This document shows positions 29,977-38,797 of a stretch of DNA of 64,000 bases, piece after piece. Numbering within the stretch: position 1 is the stretch's first letter; every line of letters starts with the position of its first letter. Below the pieces are notes generated by a model. The model saw only the letters and a list, made by a program, of their open reading frames with translations. It had not been told where the DNA came from and searched no databases. Origin of the DNA: an uncultured Gammaproteobacteria bacterium (GTDB lineage: Bacteria > Patescibacteriota > Patescibacteriia > S139-126); contig CAZBLW010000002.1 of NCBI GenBank assembly GCA_964493305.1, forward strand, positions 258,521-322,520, in the 5' to 3' direction. Position numbers and translations under genes: made by a program.

Positions 29977-30966
29977 TTGGGTGATATTTTTGCTCATATT
30001 AATGATTCCTTTGTGAAAAAATTTCGTAACAATTTAGTACGAATTATTAGCTTAGTATTTTTATTAGTTGTTGGATTGAATATACCTTTTGGTCAAGCCC
30101 AAGAGTTGTCCGATGATACACGTTCAATTACTATTTCACCTTTAACCTATGAACTTTCCGCCAACCCCGGTGAGCAAATTAGCAATAAAATTAAAGTAAT
30201 AAATACCAGTCCGCAGCCGATATTTGTCACTATGGAAGTAGAGGATTTTACCGCTGTTGGTGAAGGTGGTGGAGTGGTGGTCCAAGAACAGGATAATCAA
30301 ACTTTTTCTTTGGCTAGTTGGGTGGCTTTGTCGGAAACTCAGTTTACCTTAGCACCAGCTGAACAAAAAATTATTGATTTTACCGTGAGTGTTCCAGCAG
30401 ATGGGGAGCCGGGCGGTCATTATGGTTCTATTTTGGCAGTGGTATCACCACCTGATGTTTTAGCCGGTGGTGGTAGTGGCGTAGCTCAAAAGGTTGGTTC
30501 ACTTTTACTTTTGTCAGTTGCCGGAGAAGTCAAAGAAAATCTAATAGTCAAAGAATTTTCCGCACCAGTATTTTTTGAAAAACCACCAATTGATTTTATA
30601 TTACGTTTTGAAAACAAAGGCACCGTGCACGTAAGACCCAGGGGTTTTGTGTCCATAACCAATATGTTCGGAAAAAAAGAAGTAGATATTCCATTTCCCC
30701 AGAAAAATGTTTTGCCTGCATCGATCAGAAAAGTAGATGTCAGGTGGGATCCATCCTTGGCAATTGGTAAATATACTGCTACTTTGGTTGCCAATTATGG
30801 CACCGAAAATACCCCGCTGGTTTCCAGTTTTGTTTTTTGGGTATTTCCTTGGAAATTAGCTTTACTGGTATTTGTGGGATTGGTTATTGTTATTACTTTA
30901 CTTATCAAATCACGCCGGCGTTTGCGACTGGCTTTACGTATATTGTTTAGAGGAGATAAATCATAA
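29977..30966 (+). CDS. cell-surface protein with signal peptide and C-terminal TM anchor (type B', paralog of 27595; DUF916-like)
   Basis: 329 aa. ITISPLTYELSANPGEQISNKIKVINTSPQPIFV...VSVPADGEPGGHYGSILAVVSPP parallels the 27595 protein. C-terminal TM LALLVFVGLVIVITLLI followed by KSRRRLRL. Confidence 0.55.
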   Translation: MGDIFAHINDSFVKKFRNNLVRIISLVFLLVVGLNIPFGQAQELSDDTRSITISPLTYELSANPGEQISNKIKVINTSPQPIFVTMEVEDFTAVGEGGGVVVQEQDNQTFSLASWVALSETQFTLAPAEQKIIDFTVSVPADGEPGGHYGSILAVVSPPDVLAGGGSGVAQKVGSLLLLSVAGEVKENLIVKEFSAPVFFEKPPIDFILRFENKGTVHVRPRGFVSITNMFGKKEVDIPFPQKNVLPASIRKVDVRWDPSLAIGKYTATLVANYGTENTPLVSSFVFWVFPWKLALLVFVGLVIVITLLIKSRRRLRLALRILFRGDKS

Positions 30967-30975
30967 ATTAAATCC

Positions 30976-32070
30976 ATGCATAGTTGGGTAAAACTAGCGT
31001 GGATAATCTTGATTGGAATTATTTTAATTCCAATTTTTGTATTGGCCCAAACCACTACCGTTACTTCTACTAGAAATATCATCGTTTCGGTGCAAGTGAT
31101 TGGCCCACAAGTTTGTGGCAATAATTACATCGAACCACCCGAAGAGTGTGATGATGGCAATTTGGTAAATGGTGATGGTTGTTCGGATCAATGTTTATTG
31201 GAACAGATTTGTGGTGATGGTATAGTGCAAACACCCGAAGAATGCGATGATGGCAATTTGGTAAATGGCGATGGTTGTTCGGATCAATGTTTACTGGAAC
31301 AGATTACGCCAACCAGTACACCACCAGTAGGTTGGAGTGGTGGCAAAACCCTGACTACGGTTGAGTTTTTTGGTGTGACTTCTCCTTCTGCTCTGGTTAG
31401 TCTTACCAAATTTGGTCGAGTAGTGGCCATCACCCAAGCAGATCAGACGGGAAATTTTGTTTTTAGATTGTCCGCTTTGCCGATTGGTACTTATGATTTT
31501 GGTTTGTTTGCTGAGGATAGATTTGGTAGATATACCCTAACCACCAATTTTAGTCTGAGCTTGGTTGCCCGTAGCATCACTACTGTTGAGAATATATTTC
31601 TTACTCCGACAATATCAATTTCTCGTCGCGATATAATTCCTGGGCAAAAAATGATGGTTTTTGGTGAGACTGCTCCCAATGCTTTGGTGGAGGTTTATTT
31701 AGGCAGTACTCGTCTAGATCAAGTGGTTTATAGTGACGCTAACGGTTTTTGGCAACTAGAGCTAGATTCAACCAATCTACCGGCTGGTCCACAAAGTATC
31801 AAAACTAAGGCCTTGACTAGCGATGGATTGGAGAGTAATTTTTCCGAAAGTTTATATTTTGAGGTAGTACCGGCGCCAATTCCTCAAGGTCAGTGTGCTG
31901 GGCCGGATTTAAATTTTGATGGTTGGGTAAATATCTTTGATTTATCAATTTTACTAAATTATTGGCGACAAACTAACCCCGAGTTTGTCTGTGCTGATAT
32001 CAATCAAGACGGCATAGTGGATATAGTTGATTTTTCCATCATGCTGTATTGGTGGAGTGAAAGTTTTTAG
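30976..32070 (+). CDS. secreted protein with two Myxococcus-type cysteine-rich repeats and a C-terminal type-I dockerin domain
   Basis: Signal peptide. CGNNYIEPPEECDDGNLVNGDGCSDQCLLEQI occurs twice (CxxGxxEECDDGNxxxGDGCSxxC). C-terminus has two Ca-binding dockerin segments: DLNFDGWVNIFDLSILLNYW and DINQDGIVDIVDFSIMLYWW (DxNxDGxVNxxD + helix). Confidence 0.7.
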   Translation: MHSWVKLAWIILIGIILIPIFVLAQTTTVTSTRNIIVSVQVIGPQVCGNNYIEPPEECDDGNLVNGDGCSDQCLLEQICGDGIVQTPEECDDGNLVNGDGCSDQCLLEQITPTSTPPVGWSGGKTLTTVEFFGVTSPSALVSLTKFGRVVAITQADQTGNFVFRLSALPIGTYDFGLFAEDRFGRYTLTTNFSLSLVARSITTVENIFLTPTISISRRDIIPGQKMMVFGETAPNALVEVYLGSTRLDQVVYSDANGFWQLELDSTNLPAGPQSIKTKALTSDGLESNFSESLYFEVVPAPIPQGQCAGPDLNFDGWVNIFDLSILLNYWRQTNPEFVCADINQDGIVDIVDFSIMLYWWSESF

Positions 32071-32175
32071 TTAAAGCATTTCACTAATTATCGATTTTAT
32101 TGTATAATATAGGCAGGCATATACAGATGTCATGGCCGTCTTTTGTTGTATTAAGCTATTATCTTTATTTCAAAT

Positions 32176-33309
32176 TTGAAGTTCCTTTTCGGTATGTTTA
32201 AAAAATTTTTATTTTTATTCGTTCTACTTGTTTTATTTTTTCCTCTTGCCAGTAAAGCAGCGGAACTTTATTTATGGCCTCAAGGTTTAGCAGTCAGCCA
32301 ACAGGAAACATTTTTGGTTGATTTGCGTATCAATAGTTCAGATCCGATCAATGCTCTTGACACGGAAGTGTTTTGGTTACCCGAAGAATTGGAACTTGTG
32401 TCAGTTAGTACTGGTGACAGTGTATTTGATTTATGGGTATCTGATCCCAATAAATTTTCTTTGGGTAGTATTAGACTTATAGCTGGCGCCAGCAAACCCT
32501 GGCAAGGCAATGGGGGAAAAGTAGTAACTTTTTTATTTAAAGCCCTAGTCAGTCGCGAACAAGTGCAGATTGGTATTGATGATGATACTAAATTGGTCGG
32601 TTACGGTGGTAGTGGCGAAGAGTTGCCAGTTGATTTATTACCAACCAACGTAGCTGTCAATCCCACCGGTCAGGGAGAACCGGTGCTTAGTTCAACCAGG
32701 ATACCCGATGAAGATTCGTGGTATGCGGTCAATGTATTTGATATCAATTGGGAAGTTAAACCAAACCTGGAGTATAGTTATCTCCTGACCATGGATCCCA
32801 CGCAATTACCTGATGACAATCCAGAATCGCTCCTAGCTAATATTCAATACGAAGGATTAGCTGACGGGATTTATTATTTTGTTTTACGCTATCGACCACA
32901 AGGAGGTGATTGGCAGGGAAAAGTCATGCGCCGAGCAATGATTGACACCACTCCGCCAACTTTCAATGAGCTAAGGCTAATTGAAAAAAGTGATGCTTAT
33001 GGTTTGGAACAGAATTTATTTTTTGCCGCCACTGACAATGCTGCGGGTATTTCCGAGTATACTTTGAGTATCAACGGACAATTGCCACAAATCGTGACTA
33101 GTCCTTGGCGTGTTCCCAAGCGCTGGTTGGTGAGTCAAAATTTAGAAATCAGAGCTATTGATGCGGCAGGTAATTGGCAAAGCAAAAGTTTGACTTTGTC
33201 GGCAGTCATACCACTATGGGTCTGGCTGATCGTCTTATTTATCATTATAATTATTATAGGTTTGTATTTGTACCGTTTATGGAGAGTAAAAAAACCAAAA
33301 TCATCTTAA
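32176..33309 (+). CDS. type-I membrane protein with an N-terminal cohesin-like domain (putative dockerin receptor)
   Basis: Signal peptide, then AELYLWPQGLAVSQQETFLVDLRINSSDPINALDTEVFWLPEELELVSVSTGDSVFD...GKVVTFLFKALVSREQVQIGI. This resembles the cohesin beta-sandwich signature (..sgdtvtvpv...dlkyDpsvLe.v.v..G......gtlatltFkaka.G). C-terminal TM IPLWVWLIVLFIIIIIIGLYLY followed by RLWRVKK. Confidence 0.55.
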   Translation: MKFLFGMFKKFLFLFVLLVLFFPLASKAAELYLWPQGLAVSQQETFLVDLRINSSDPINALDTEVFWLPEELELVSVSTGDSVFDLWVSDPNKFSLGSIRLIAGASKPWQGNGGKVVTFLFKALVSREQVQIGIDDDTKLVGYGGSGEELPVDLLPTNVAVNPTGQGEPVLSSTRIPDEDSWYAVNVFDINWEVKPNLEYSYLLTMDPTQLPDDNPESLLANIQYEGLADGIYYFVLRYRPQGGDWQGKVMRRAMIDTTPPTFNELRLIEKSDAYGLEQNLFFAATDNAAGISEYTLSINGQLPQIVTSPWRVPKRWLVSQNLEIRAIDAAGNWQSKSLTLSAVIPLWVWLIVLFIIIIIIGLYLYRLWRVKKPKSS

Positions 33310-34739
33310 TAGCACTTTTGACATTACTGATTGTTTTACCAGCTAGGGCGGGTGAATTTAGTTTTGGTTTTGCACCCTCGCAAAAAAGCGTTTTAGTCGG
33401 AGAAGAGTTTAGTGTAGATTTTGTAATTAGTGCCACCGAAAATATCAATGCCGCCAGGTCACAATATACTTTTGATAGTGACTATTTGGAACTGCTAAAT
33501 TTAACTACTTCTGATTCACTATTTACTCAGTGGCCAGCTAAACCCCAAGTCACTGGCAGTAGGATAGAATTTTCTGGTGGTCTACCTGATCCAGGATTTA
33601 CCGGGGATAATGGCAAGATATTAACGATGTTATTTCGGGCAAAAAAACCCGGTAGTGCTAAATTGCAATTTATTTCTGGTTCACTACATGCCAATGACGG
33701 TCAAGGTACCAATGTTTTAACTGGTATGAATGGTGCAATTTTTATGATTCAACCGCCTGGTACTTTGCCAGAAGGTATTTCCGCTGAAGAGTTGACCGCC
33801 ACACTGCCGGCAGCTACAATTTCTTCACCAACTCATCCTGATCAAACAGCCTGGTATCGGCAGTCACAGACAGTTTTTACTTGGCAACTGCCCCAACGAG
33901 CTGATCGATTATACTATGAAATAGACAGTAAACCCAATACCTATCCACAAAAATTACTTAGCTCACCACTCAACTATAGCCATTCGTTTTTAGAAAATGG
34001 TATTTGGTATTTCCATTTGCGTTATGAAAGCGGAACTGAGCGCAGTCGTACGGCTCATTTTAAAGTCCAGTTTGACGATACGCCACCGCGAGATTTTAAA
34101 ATTGAAATAACCAAGGATGATAAAACCGGTGCTTACAACATGTCTTTTCCCACTCAGGATGATTTGTCAGGAGTGAATTACTATGAAGTAAGTATTGATG
34201 ATGATAAGTATTTTATCCGTACCTCGCAAGCCAGTTATGAAATTGCCACTTTACCAACCGGTTCGCATCCGATTGTAGTTAGTGCCGTTGATAAAGCGGG
34301 GAACAATCGGGCGGTGAGAGCGGTGGTGGATGTAGAAACTTTGACTTTTGCTCCGCAAGTTTTGGTTAAAATGTTTTCACCTGATATTTTACCGTTGGAA
34401 ATGCGATTGTCGTTTTATTATGGTTTGATGTTTTTGGTATTTTTGTTTTTACTTTTGTTTATCATTTTGTGGTTTAGAAGAGCCAAACGCAGACAAGACA
34501 GAAAATTTTCTCAAGAGGTGGGGGAACTTGCAGCCAGTGTTGATTTTGGTTTCCAGACCCTGAGGCGAGATATTTTAGTGCAGATTGAAGAGATTTACAA
34601 AAAACAAAAAGCCATTGGTTTAGACGATAAGGAAAAGGACAACTTGAAAAAATTGGAAGCTGATCTTGATATTATTGAAACTTATATTAAAAAAGAACTG
34701 AAAGACGTCTCTGATTTTGATAAATATAAAACGAAATAG
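33279..34739 (+). CDS. type-I membrane protein with an N-terminal cohesin-like domain and a ~90-aa cytoplasmic coiled-coil tail. Start chosen at the internal ATG, MESKKTKII.
   Basis: The ORF track starts at 33174 and overlaps the previous gene by 136 nt. The ATG at 33279 gives a clean signal peptide (KIILIALLTLLIVLPARAGEF). Cohesin-like block FSFGFAPSQKSVLVGEEFSVDFVIS...YTFDSDYLELLNLTTSDSLF...GKILTMLFRAKKPGSAKLQFISG. TM MFLVFLFLLLFIILWF followed by RRAKRR and a K/E-rich tail. Confidence 0.55.
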   Translation: MESKKTKIILIALLTLLIVLPARAGEFSFGFAPSQKSVLVGEEFSVDFVISATENINAARSQYTFDSDYLELLNLTTSDSLFTQWPAKPQVTGSRIEFSGGLPDPGFTGDNGKILTMLFRAKKPGSAKLQFISGSLHANDGQGTNVLTGMNGAIFMIQPPGTLPEGISAEELTATLPAATISSPTHPDQTAWYRQSQTVFTWQLPQRADRLYYEIDSKPNTYPQKLLSSPLNYSHSFLENGIWYFHLRYESGTERSRTAHFKVQFDDTPPRDFKIEITKDDKTGAYNMSFPTQDDLSGVNYYEVSIDDDKYFIRTSQASYEIATLPTGSHPIVVSAVDKAGNNRAVRAVVDVETLTFAPQVLVKMFSPDILPLEMRLSFYYGLMFLVFLFLLLFIILWFRRAKRRQDRKFSQEVGELAASVDFGFQTLRRDILVQIEEIYKKQKAIGLDDKEKDNLKKLEADLDIIETYIKKELKDVSDFDKYKTK

Positions 34740-35011
34740 AATAAAGAATTAAGAAGTAAGAATAAAGTATAAATTCCAAATTCAAAACACTAAATACTAA
34801 ACAAATTCAAAATTATAAAATCAAATGTTCAAAATATTTTAGTTAGTTTTGATTTAAAAAATTTGAATTTAGATATTATTTAGAATTTAGGGTTTAGTGC
34901 TTAGGATTTATTTTTATTGTGGATAATTAATTTGCCAAAAATTAAAATATATTTTAATCTCAAGCTCAAGTAAGAGCTTTTTTGTTTTTTAATAATTATA
35001 TAGGAGGAATC

Positions 35012-35194
35012 ATGTTTGGTTTAAATGAAATAGTAGCTATCAACAATATACCTGAGGCAAAAACAAAATTTATGAAAGGTGGCCTTAATGCCACACTCAA
35101 TATGGGCTTCGGCTCGAAAACTTATCCAGAAGGATTAAAAAAAGACCAACCCAAAAAAGAAAAAATTAAAAATAAGCAAATAAAACCCGAATAA
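35012..35194 (+). CDS. small (60 aa) Lys-rich protein of unknown function, with a strong RBS and an intrinsic terminator
   Basis: taggaggaatcATG at 35012. The ORF-track start at 34982 lacks an RBS. The stop codon sits inside the loop of the terminator hairpin aaacccgaaTAActtcgggttttttt. Confidence 0.4.
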   Translation: MFGLNEIVAINNIPEAKTKFMKGGLNATLNMGFGSKTYPEGLKKDQPKKEKIKNKQIKPE

Positions 35195-35208
35195 CTTCGG
35201 GTTTTTTT
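35183..35208 (+). terminator. rho-independent terminator
   Basis: aaacccgaa-taa-cttcgggttt stem followed by a T7 run. Confidence 0.7.
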
Positions 35209-35283
35209 ATTGTTGAATTTATGATAAAATAAAAATATCCAAATCATGCCGATTGGTTAATTATTAAGTGTCAATATTTCCCC

Positions 35284-37026
35284 ATGCAAACCAATGACTT
35301 TAACTGGAAAATAGGTGGTGAAGCCGGTTTTGGTATTATGTCATCAGGAATGATGTTTGCCAAAATTTGTACCCGATCAGGACTATTTATCCATGATTAT
35401 AGTGAATATCCCTCATTGATCAGAGGTGGACACAATACTTATCAAGTTTATGTAAATAGTAAACATATCCATAGCCAACGACGAGTGGTTAATTTGTTAG
35501 TTGCCCTAAATACCCAAACGATTACTGAGCACCTGGCTGAGTTGGTTGCGGGTAGCGGTTTGATTTGTGATAGTTCTCGGGTCCAAGTGCCTAAAGCAGT
35601 ACTGCAAAAGAAAAAAATTGAACTCTATGATTTACCGCTCAACAATATTGCCAAAGAAGTGGGTGGTGATGAAGTTATGCGTAATACTGTTGCTCTTGGT
35701 GCAACTATGGCCTTGATCAAACTGGAGTTTAAAATTTTGGAAAATATTATCAAGGAACAATTTGCCCACAAAGACGAACAGGTGGCGGTACAAAATATCA
35801 AAGCAGCTAAAAGTGGTTATGAATATATCAAGTCCCATTACCAAGTAGATAATTTTGGTTTTAAATTGCAGGCACAAACAAATAAAGAGCAGATTGTGTT
35901 GACCGCCAATGACGCAGCAGCTCTCGGAGCAATTGCTGCTGGTTGTAAATTTTATGCTGCCTATCCCATGACACCGGCTTCATCCATTTTGCACACCTTA
36001 GCAGAGATAGGTCCGAAATACGGGATGGTAGTTAGACATGCTGAAGATGAAATATCAGTTATCAATATGGTAGCTGGTGCTGCGACAGCTGGAGTGAGAG
36101 CGATGTTGGGAACTTCTGGTGGTGGTTGGGCATTGATGAACGAAGGTTATTCGTTGGCCGGTATTACAGAAACGCCTATGGTGATTATTATGTCCCAACG
36201 ACCGGGTCCAGCTACTGGACTACCAACTTGGACTGAACAGGGGGATTTGAAATTTATCTTAAATTCTGGTCACGGTGAATTTCCTCGTATTGTCCTAACA
36301 CCCGGTGATCAGGAAGAGGCGTTTTATTTAACACAACTTGCTTTCAATCTAGCTGAGCTTATTCAGAATCCAGTGATAGTGTTGTTGGATAAATATTTAT
36401 CCGAAAGTCATATTTCTTGCCCACCATTTGTTTGGCAAAAATTACCAATTAAGCGAGGTAAAATCTTAACCAATGTCGAGGCTAAAAAGCTAGGTGATAA
36501 ATATCGTCGTTTTAAAGTAACAGCCGATGGCATCTCACCCCGGGCATTACCCGGCCAAGCTGGACCGATTGTTTTTATCAATTCTGATGAACATGATGAA
36601 ATGGGTTTTAGTGAAGAATCAGCAGAAAATCGTATTAAGCAAGTAGAAAAAAGAGCCAAGAAAATAAAATCTATAAGTAAAGATTTGCCTCAAGCTAAAG
36701 TCTATGGTCCAAAATCAGCTCCTTTGACTTTAGTAGGTTGGGGCAGTGTTAAGGGCCCAGTTTTGGATGCACTACAAAGTCAAAAGTTGAGAAACAAATT
36801 AAATTTTATCCATCTTCCTTTATTGTCACCTCTGCCCAGCAACGCAACTAAATTATTGAAAGCTAGTAAACGTTTAGTATTGGTGGAAAACAATTCCACT
36901 GGACAGTTGGCAGATATTTTACGTGCCAATTTTAGTGTTGAATTTAAGCATAAAATATTGCGTTACGACGGCAGACCTTTTTATAGTGAAGATTTGGTTA
37001 CAGAGATAAATAAAATTAAATTATAA
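35284..37026 (+). CDS. korA: 2-oxoacid:ferredoxin oxidoreductase, alpha subunit (fused gamma/alpha type)
   Basis: 580 aa. Family-typical blocks GGEAGFGIMSSG, AAYPMTPAS, GxxGGGWALMNEG. Immediately followed by the TPP-binding beta subunit. Confidence 0.8.
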   Translation: MQTNDFNWKIGGEAGFGIMSSGMMFAKICTRSGLFIHDYSEYPSLIRGGHNTYQVYVNSKHIHSQRRVVNLLVALNTQTITEHLAELVAGSGLICDSSRVQVPKAVLQKKKIELYDLPLNNIAKEVGGDEVMRNTVALGATMALIKLEFKILENIIKEQFAHKDEQVAVQNIKAAKSGYEYIKSHYQVDNFGFKLQAQTNKEQIVLTANDAAALGAIAAGCKFYAAYPMTPASSILHTLAEIGPKYGMVVRHAEDEISVINMVAGAATAGVRAMLGTSGGGWALMNEGYSLAGITETPMVIIMSQRPGPATGLPTWTEQGDLKFILNSGHGEFPRIVLTPGDQEEAFYLTQLAFNLAELIQNPVIVLLDKYLSESHISCPPFVWQKLPIKRGKILTNVEAKKLGDKYRRFKVTADGISPRALPGQAGPIVFINSDEHDEMGFSEESAENRIKQVEKRAKKIKSISKDLPQAKVYGPKSAPLTLVGWGSVKGPVLDALQSQKLRNKLNFIHLPLLSPLPSNATKLLKASKRLVLVENNSTGQLADILRANFSVEFKHKILRYDGRPFYSEDLVTEINKIKL

Positions 37027-37093
37027 ATTATCAATCATAAATTATAAATCAATTTTTAAAATTTAAAATTTAAAATTTATAATTAATACAACT

Positions 37094-37951
37094 ATGTCCA
37101 CTGATAATAATTTTATAACTTCCTATGATCCTACCTGGTGTCCGGGGTGTGGCAACTACGGACTTTGGGGTGCTTTGAAAAAAACTTTAGCCGAAATTGA
37201 TATTCCGCGTGAACAGATCATGGCTGTTTATGGTATCGGTTGTAGTGGCAATGGTTTCAATTTTACGAAAGTAAATGCCTTCCATGGCTTACACGGCCGA
37301 GCGCTACCAGTAGCTGAAGGACTAAAACTAGCCAATCATAAATTAACAGTTATTGCTTTAGGGGGTGATGGTGATGGTTATGGCGAAGGAGGAAATCATT
37401 TTTTACATGCCTGTCGGGCCAATCATGATATTGCTTATTTTGTCCACAACAACCAAACCTATGGACTTACTACCGGTCAAACTTCACCCACATCTGAACA
37501 AGGAATTAAATCAAAATCCAATCCTACCGGTGGAGTTGATAAACCCGTCAATCCGGTCGCGCTAGCCATTACTGCCGGGGCAACTTTTGTAGCCCGAGGG
37601 TTTACTGGCGATATTAACCATTTATCCGAAATGATGAAGTTAGCTATCAAACATAAAGGTTTTGCTTTGTTGGATATTTTGCAACCTTGCTTTACTTTCA
37701 ATAAGCACAATACTTATCAGTATTTTAGGCAAAGAATATATAAACCCGACAATCATCAAGCAAACGATTGGGAAGCTGCATTGCATTTGGCGTGGCAGTG
37801 GGAAAGGGAAGATAAAATTCCTTTGGGAGTAATTTATCAAACTGAAGATCGGCCGGCGTTTCATGAAAATTTTCCTCAAATTGAAAAACAGGTTTTGAAA
37901 GACCAACCATTAAAACACAACTTAACGGCTGATTTAAAAAGTTTCGTTTAA
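37094..37951 (+). CDS. korB: 2-oxoacid:ferredoxin oxidoreductase, beta subunit (TPP-binding)
   Basis: TWCPGCGNYG Cys motif, GIGCSGNG, GGDGDGYGEGGNH TPP-binding loop. 285 aa. Confidence 0.85.
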   Translation: MSTDNNFITSYDPTWCPGCGNYGLWGALKKTLAEIDIPREQIMAVYGIGCSGNGFNFTKVNAFHGLHGRALPVAEGLKLANHKLTVIALGGDGDGYGEGGNHFLHACRANHDIAYFVHNNQTYGLTTGQTSPTSEQGIKSKSNPTGGVDKPVNPVALAITAGATFVARGFTGDINHLSEMMKLAIKHKGFALLDILQPCFTFNKHNTYQYFRQRIYKPDNHQANDWEAALHLAWQWEREDKIPLGVIYQTEDRPAFHENFPQIEKQVLKDQPLKHNLTADLKSFV

Positions 37952-37957
37952 TCGTAT

Positions 37958-38425
37958 ATGAAATTGACCATTCTAGTAGTTGGTAAGACCAAACAACAAT
38001 TTTTACAAACCGGGGAGGGGATTTATTTGAAAAAAATATCCCCTTTTTTTCAGGTGGAGATTAAAACAATTAAATCTTTGGCTGATATAAAAAATCAAAC
38101 TAAAGATAAAATCGTGGTCAAAGAAGGCGAACTAATTATGCAAAAAATTTCTCCCTTGTCCCACGTAGTCTCTTTGGATAGAACCGGCAAAAAAATAAAT
38201 TCCGAACAAATGGCGAGACAAATCGCCACTTGGTTAAGTTTAGGTAAAGATATCACAATAGTAATTGGCGGGGCTTTTGGTTTGTCCGAACAAGTAAAAA
38301 AAAGATCACAAGTAATTTTAAGTTTGTCAGATCTAACCTTTACTCACGAAATGGTGCGTTTAATACTTCTTGAGCAGCTTTACCGTGGTTTTACAATTAT
38401 CAAGGGCGTTCCTTATCATTATTAA
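37958..38425 (+). CDS. rlmH: 23S rRNA (pseudouridine1915-N3)-methyltransferase RlmH (SPOUT family)
   Basis: 155 aa. C-terminal HEMVRLILLEQLYRGFTIIKGVPYH matches the RlmH signature (..H.laR..L.EQlYRa..I..g.PYH). Confidence 0.85.
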   Translation: MKLTILVVGKTKQQFLQTGEGIYLKKISPFFQVEIKTIKSLADIKNQTKDKIVVKEGELIMQKISPLSHVVSLDRTGKKINSEQMARQIATWLSLGKDITIVIGGAFGLSEQVKKRSQVILSLSDLTFTHEMVRLILLEQLYRGFTIIKGVPYHY

Positions 38426-38428
38426 AAA

Positions 38429-38455
38429 AACTGTCTCGAGAGACAGTTTAAAATT
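38429..38455. terminator. bidirectional intrinsic terminator between convergent rlmH (+) and a small basic-protein gene (-)
   Basis: aactgtctcgagagacagtt palindrome flanked by an A-run on the left and a T-run on the right. Confidence 0.65.
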
Positions 38456-38457
38456 TT

Positions 38458-38634
38458 TTAGTTATCAATTGGTTTAACCTTGGGGTTAGTGTTGCAGGAT
38501 TTATGAGTGATTTTTCTTCGGATAATAATTTTGCCTTTACGGGGAGTGTGATTGTTTAATTTTTTGTTTTGATTGCTGATAACACCTTGGTTATGATTTT
38601 TTACGGAAAGAAATTTGGTGAAGAGACTGATCAT
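38458..38634 (-). CDS. small (58 aa) very basic protein, possibly a ribosomal or nucleic-acid-binding small protein. Start chosen at the internal ATG that has a consensus RBS.
   Basis: Minus-strand atcaggaggttacaaATG (AGGAGG RBS). Product MISLFTKFLSVKNHNQGVISNQNKKLNNHTPRKGKIIIRRKITHKSCNTNPKVKPIDN. I could not assign it to a known r-protein family by eye. Confidence 0.4.
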   Translation of the reverse strand: MISLFTKFLSVKNHNQGVISNQNKKLNNHTPRKGKIIIRRKITHKSCNTNPKVKPIDN

Positions 38635-38797
38635 TTGTAACCTCCTGATAATTAATAAGAATAAATTATTTAAGAACAATTTATTTAATATAAGCTAAAT
38701 TATCTATTTTGTCAAGGTTATTTTGATTAAAGATTTAAGTTGTAAGTTATAAGTCGTAATTCGTAATTATTAATTCCTAATTCCTAATTCTATTTAC

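Noticed and set aside
33174-33278. Upstream extension of the cohesin-like gene to the ATG at 33174
   Set aside because: It would overlap the preceding gene by 136 nt and add a non-hydrophobic 35-aa leader. The ATG at 33279 yields a canonical signal peptide.
38635-38679. N-terminal extension (MFLNNLFLLIIRRLQ) of the small basic protein
   Set aside because: The internal ATG at 38634 is preceded by a perfect AGGAGG RBS at optimal spacing. The upstream ATG has none.
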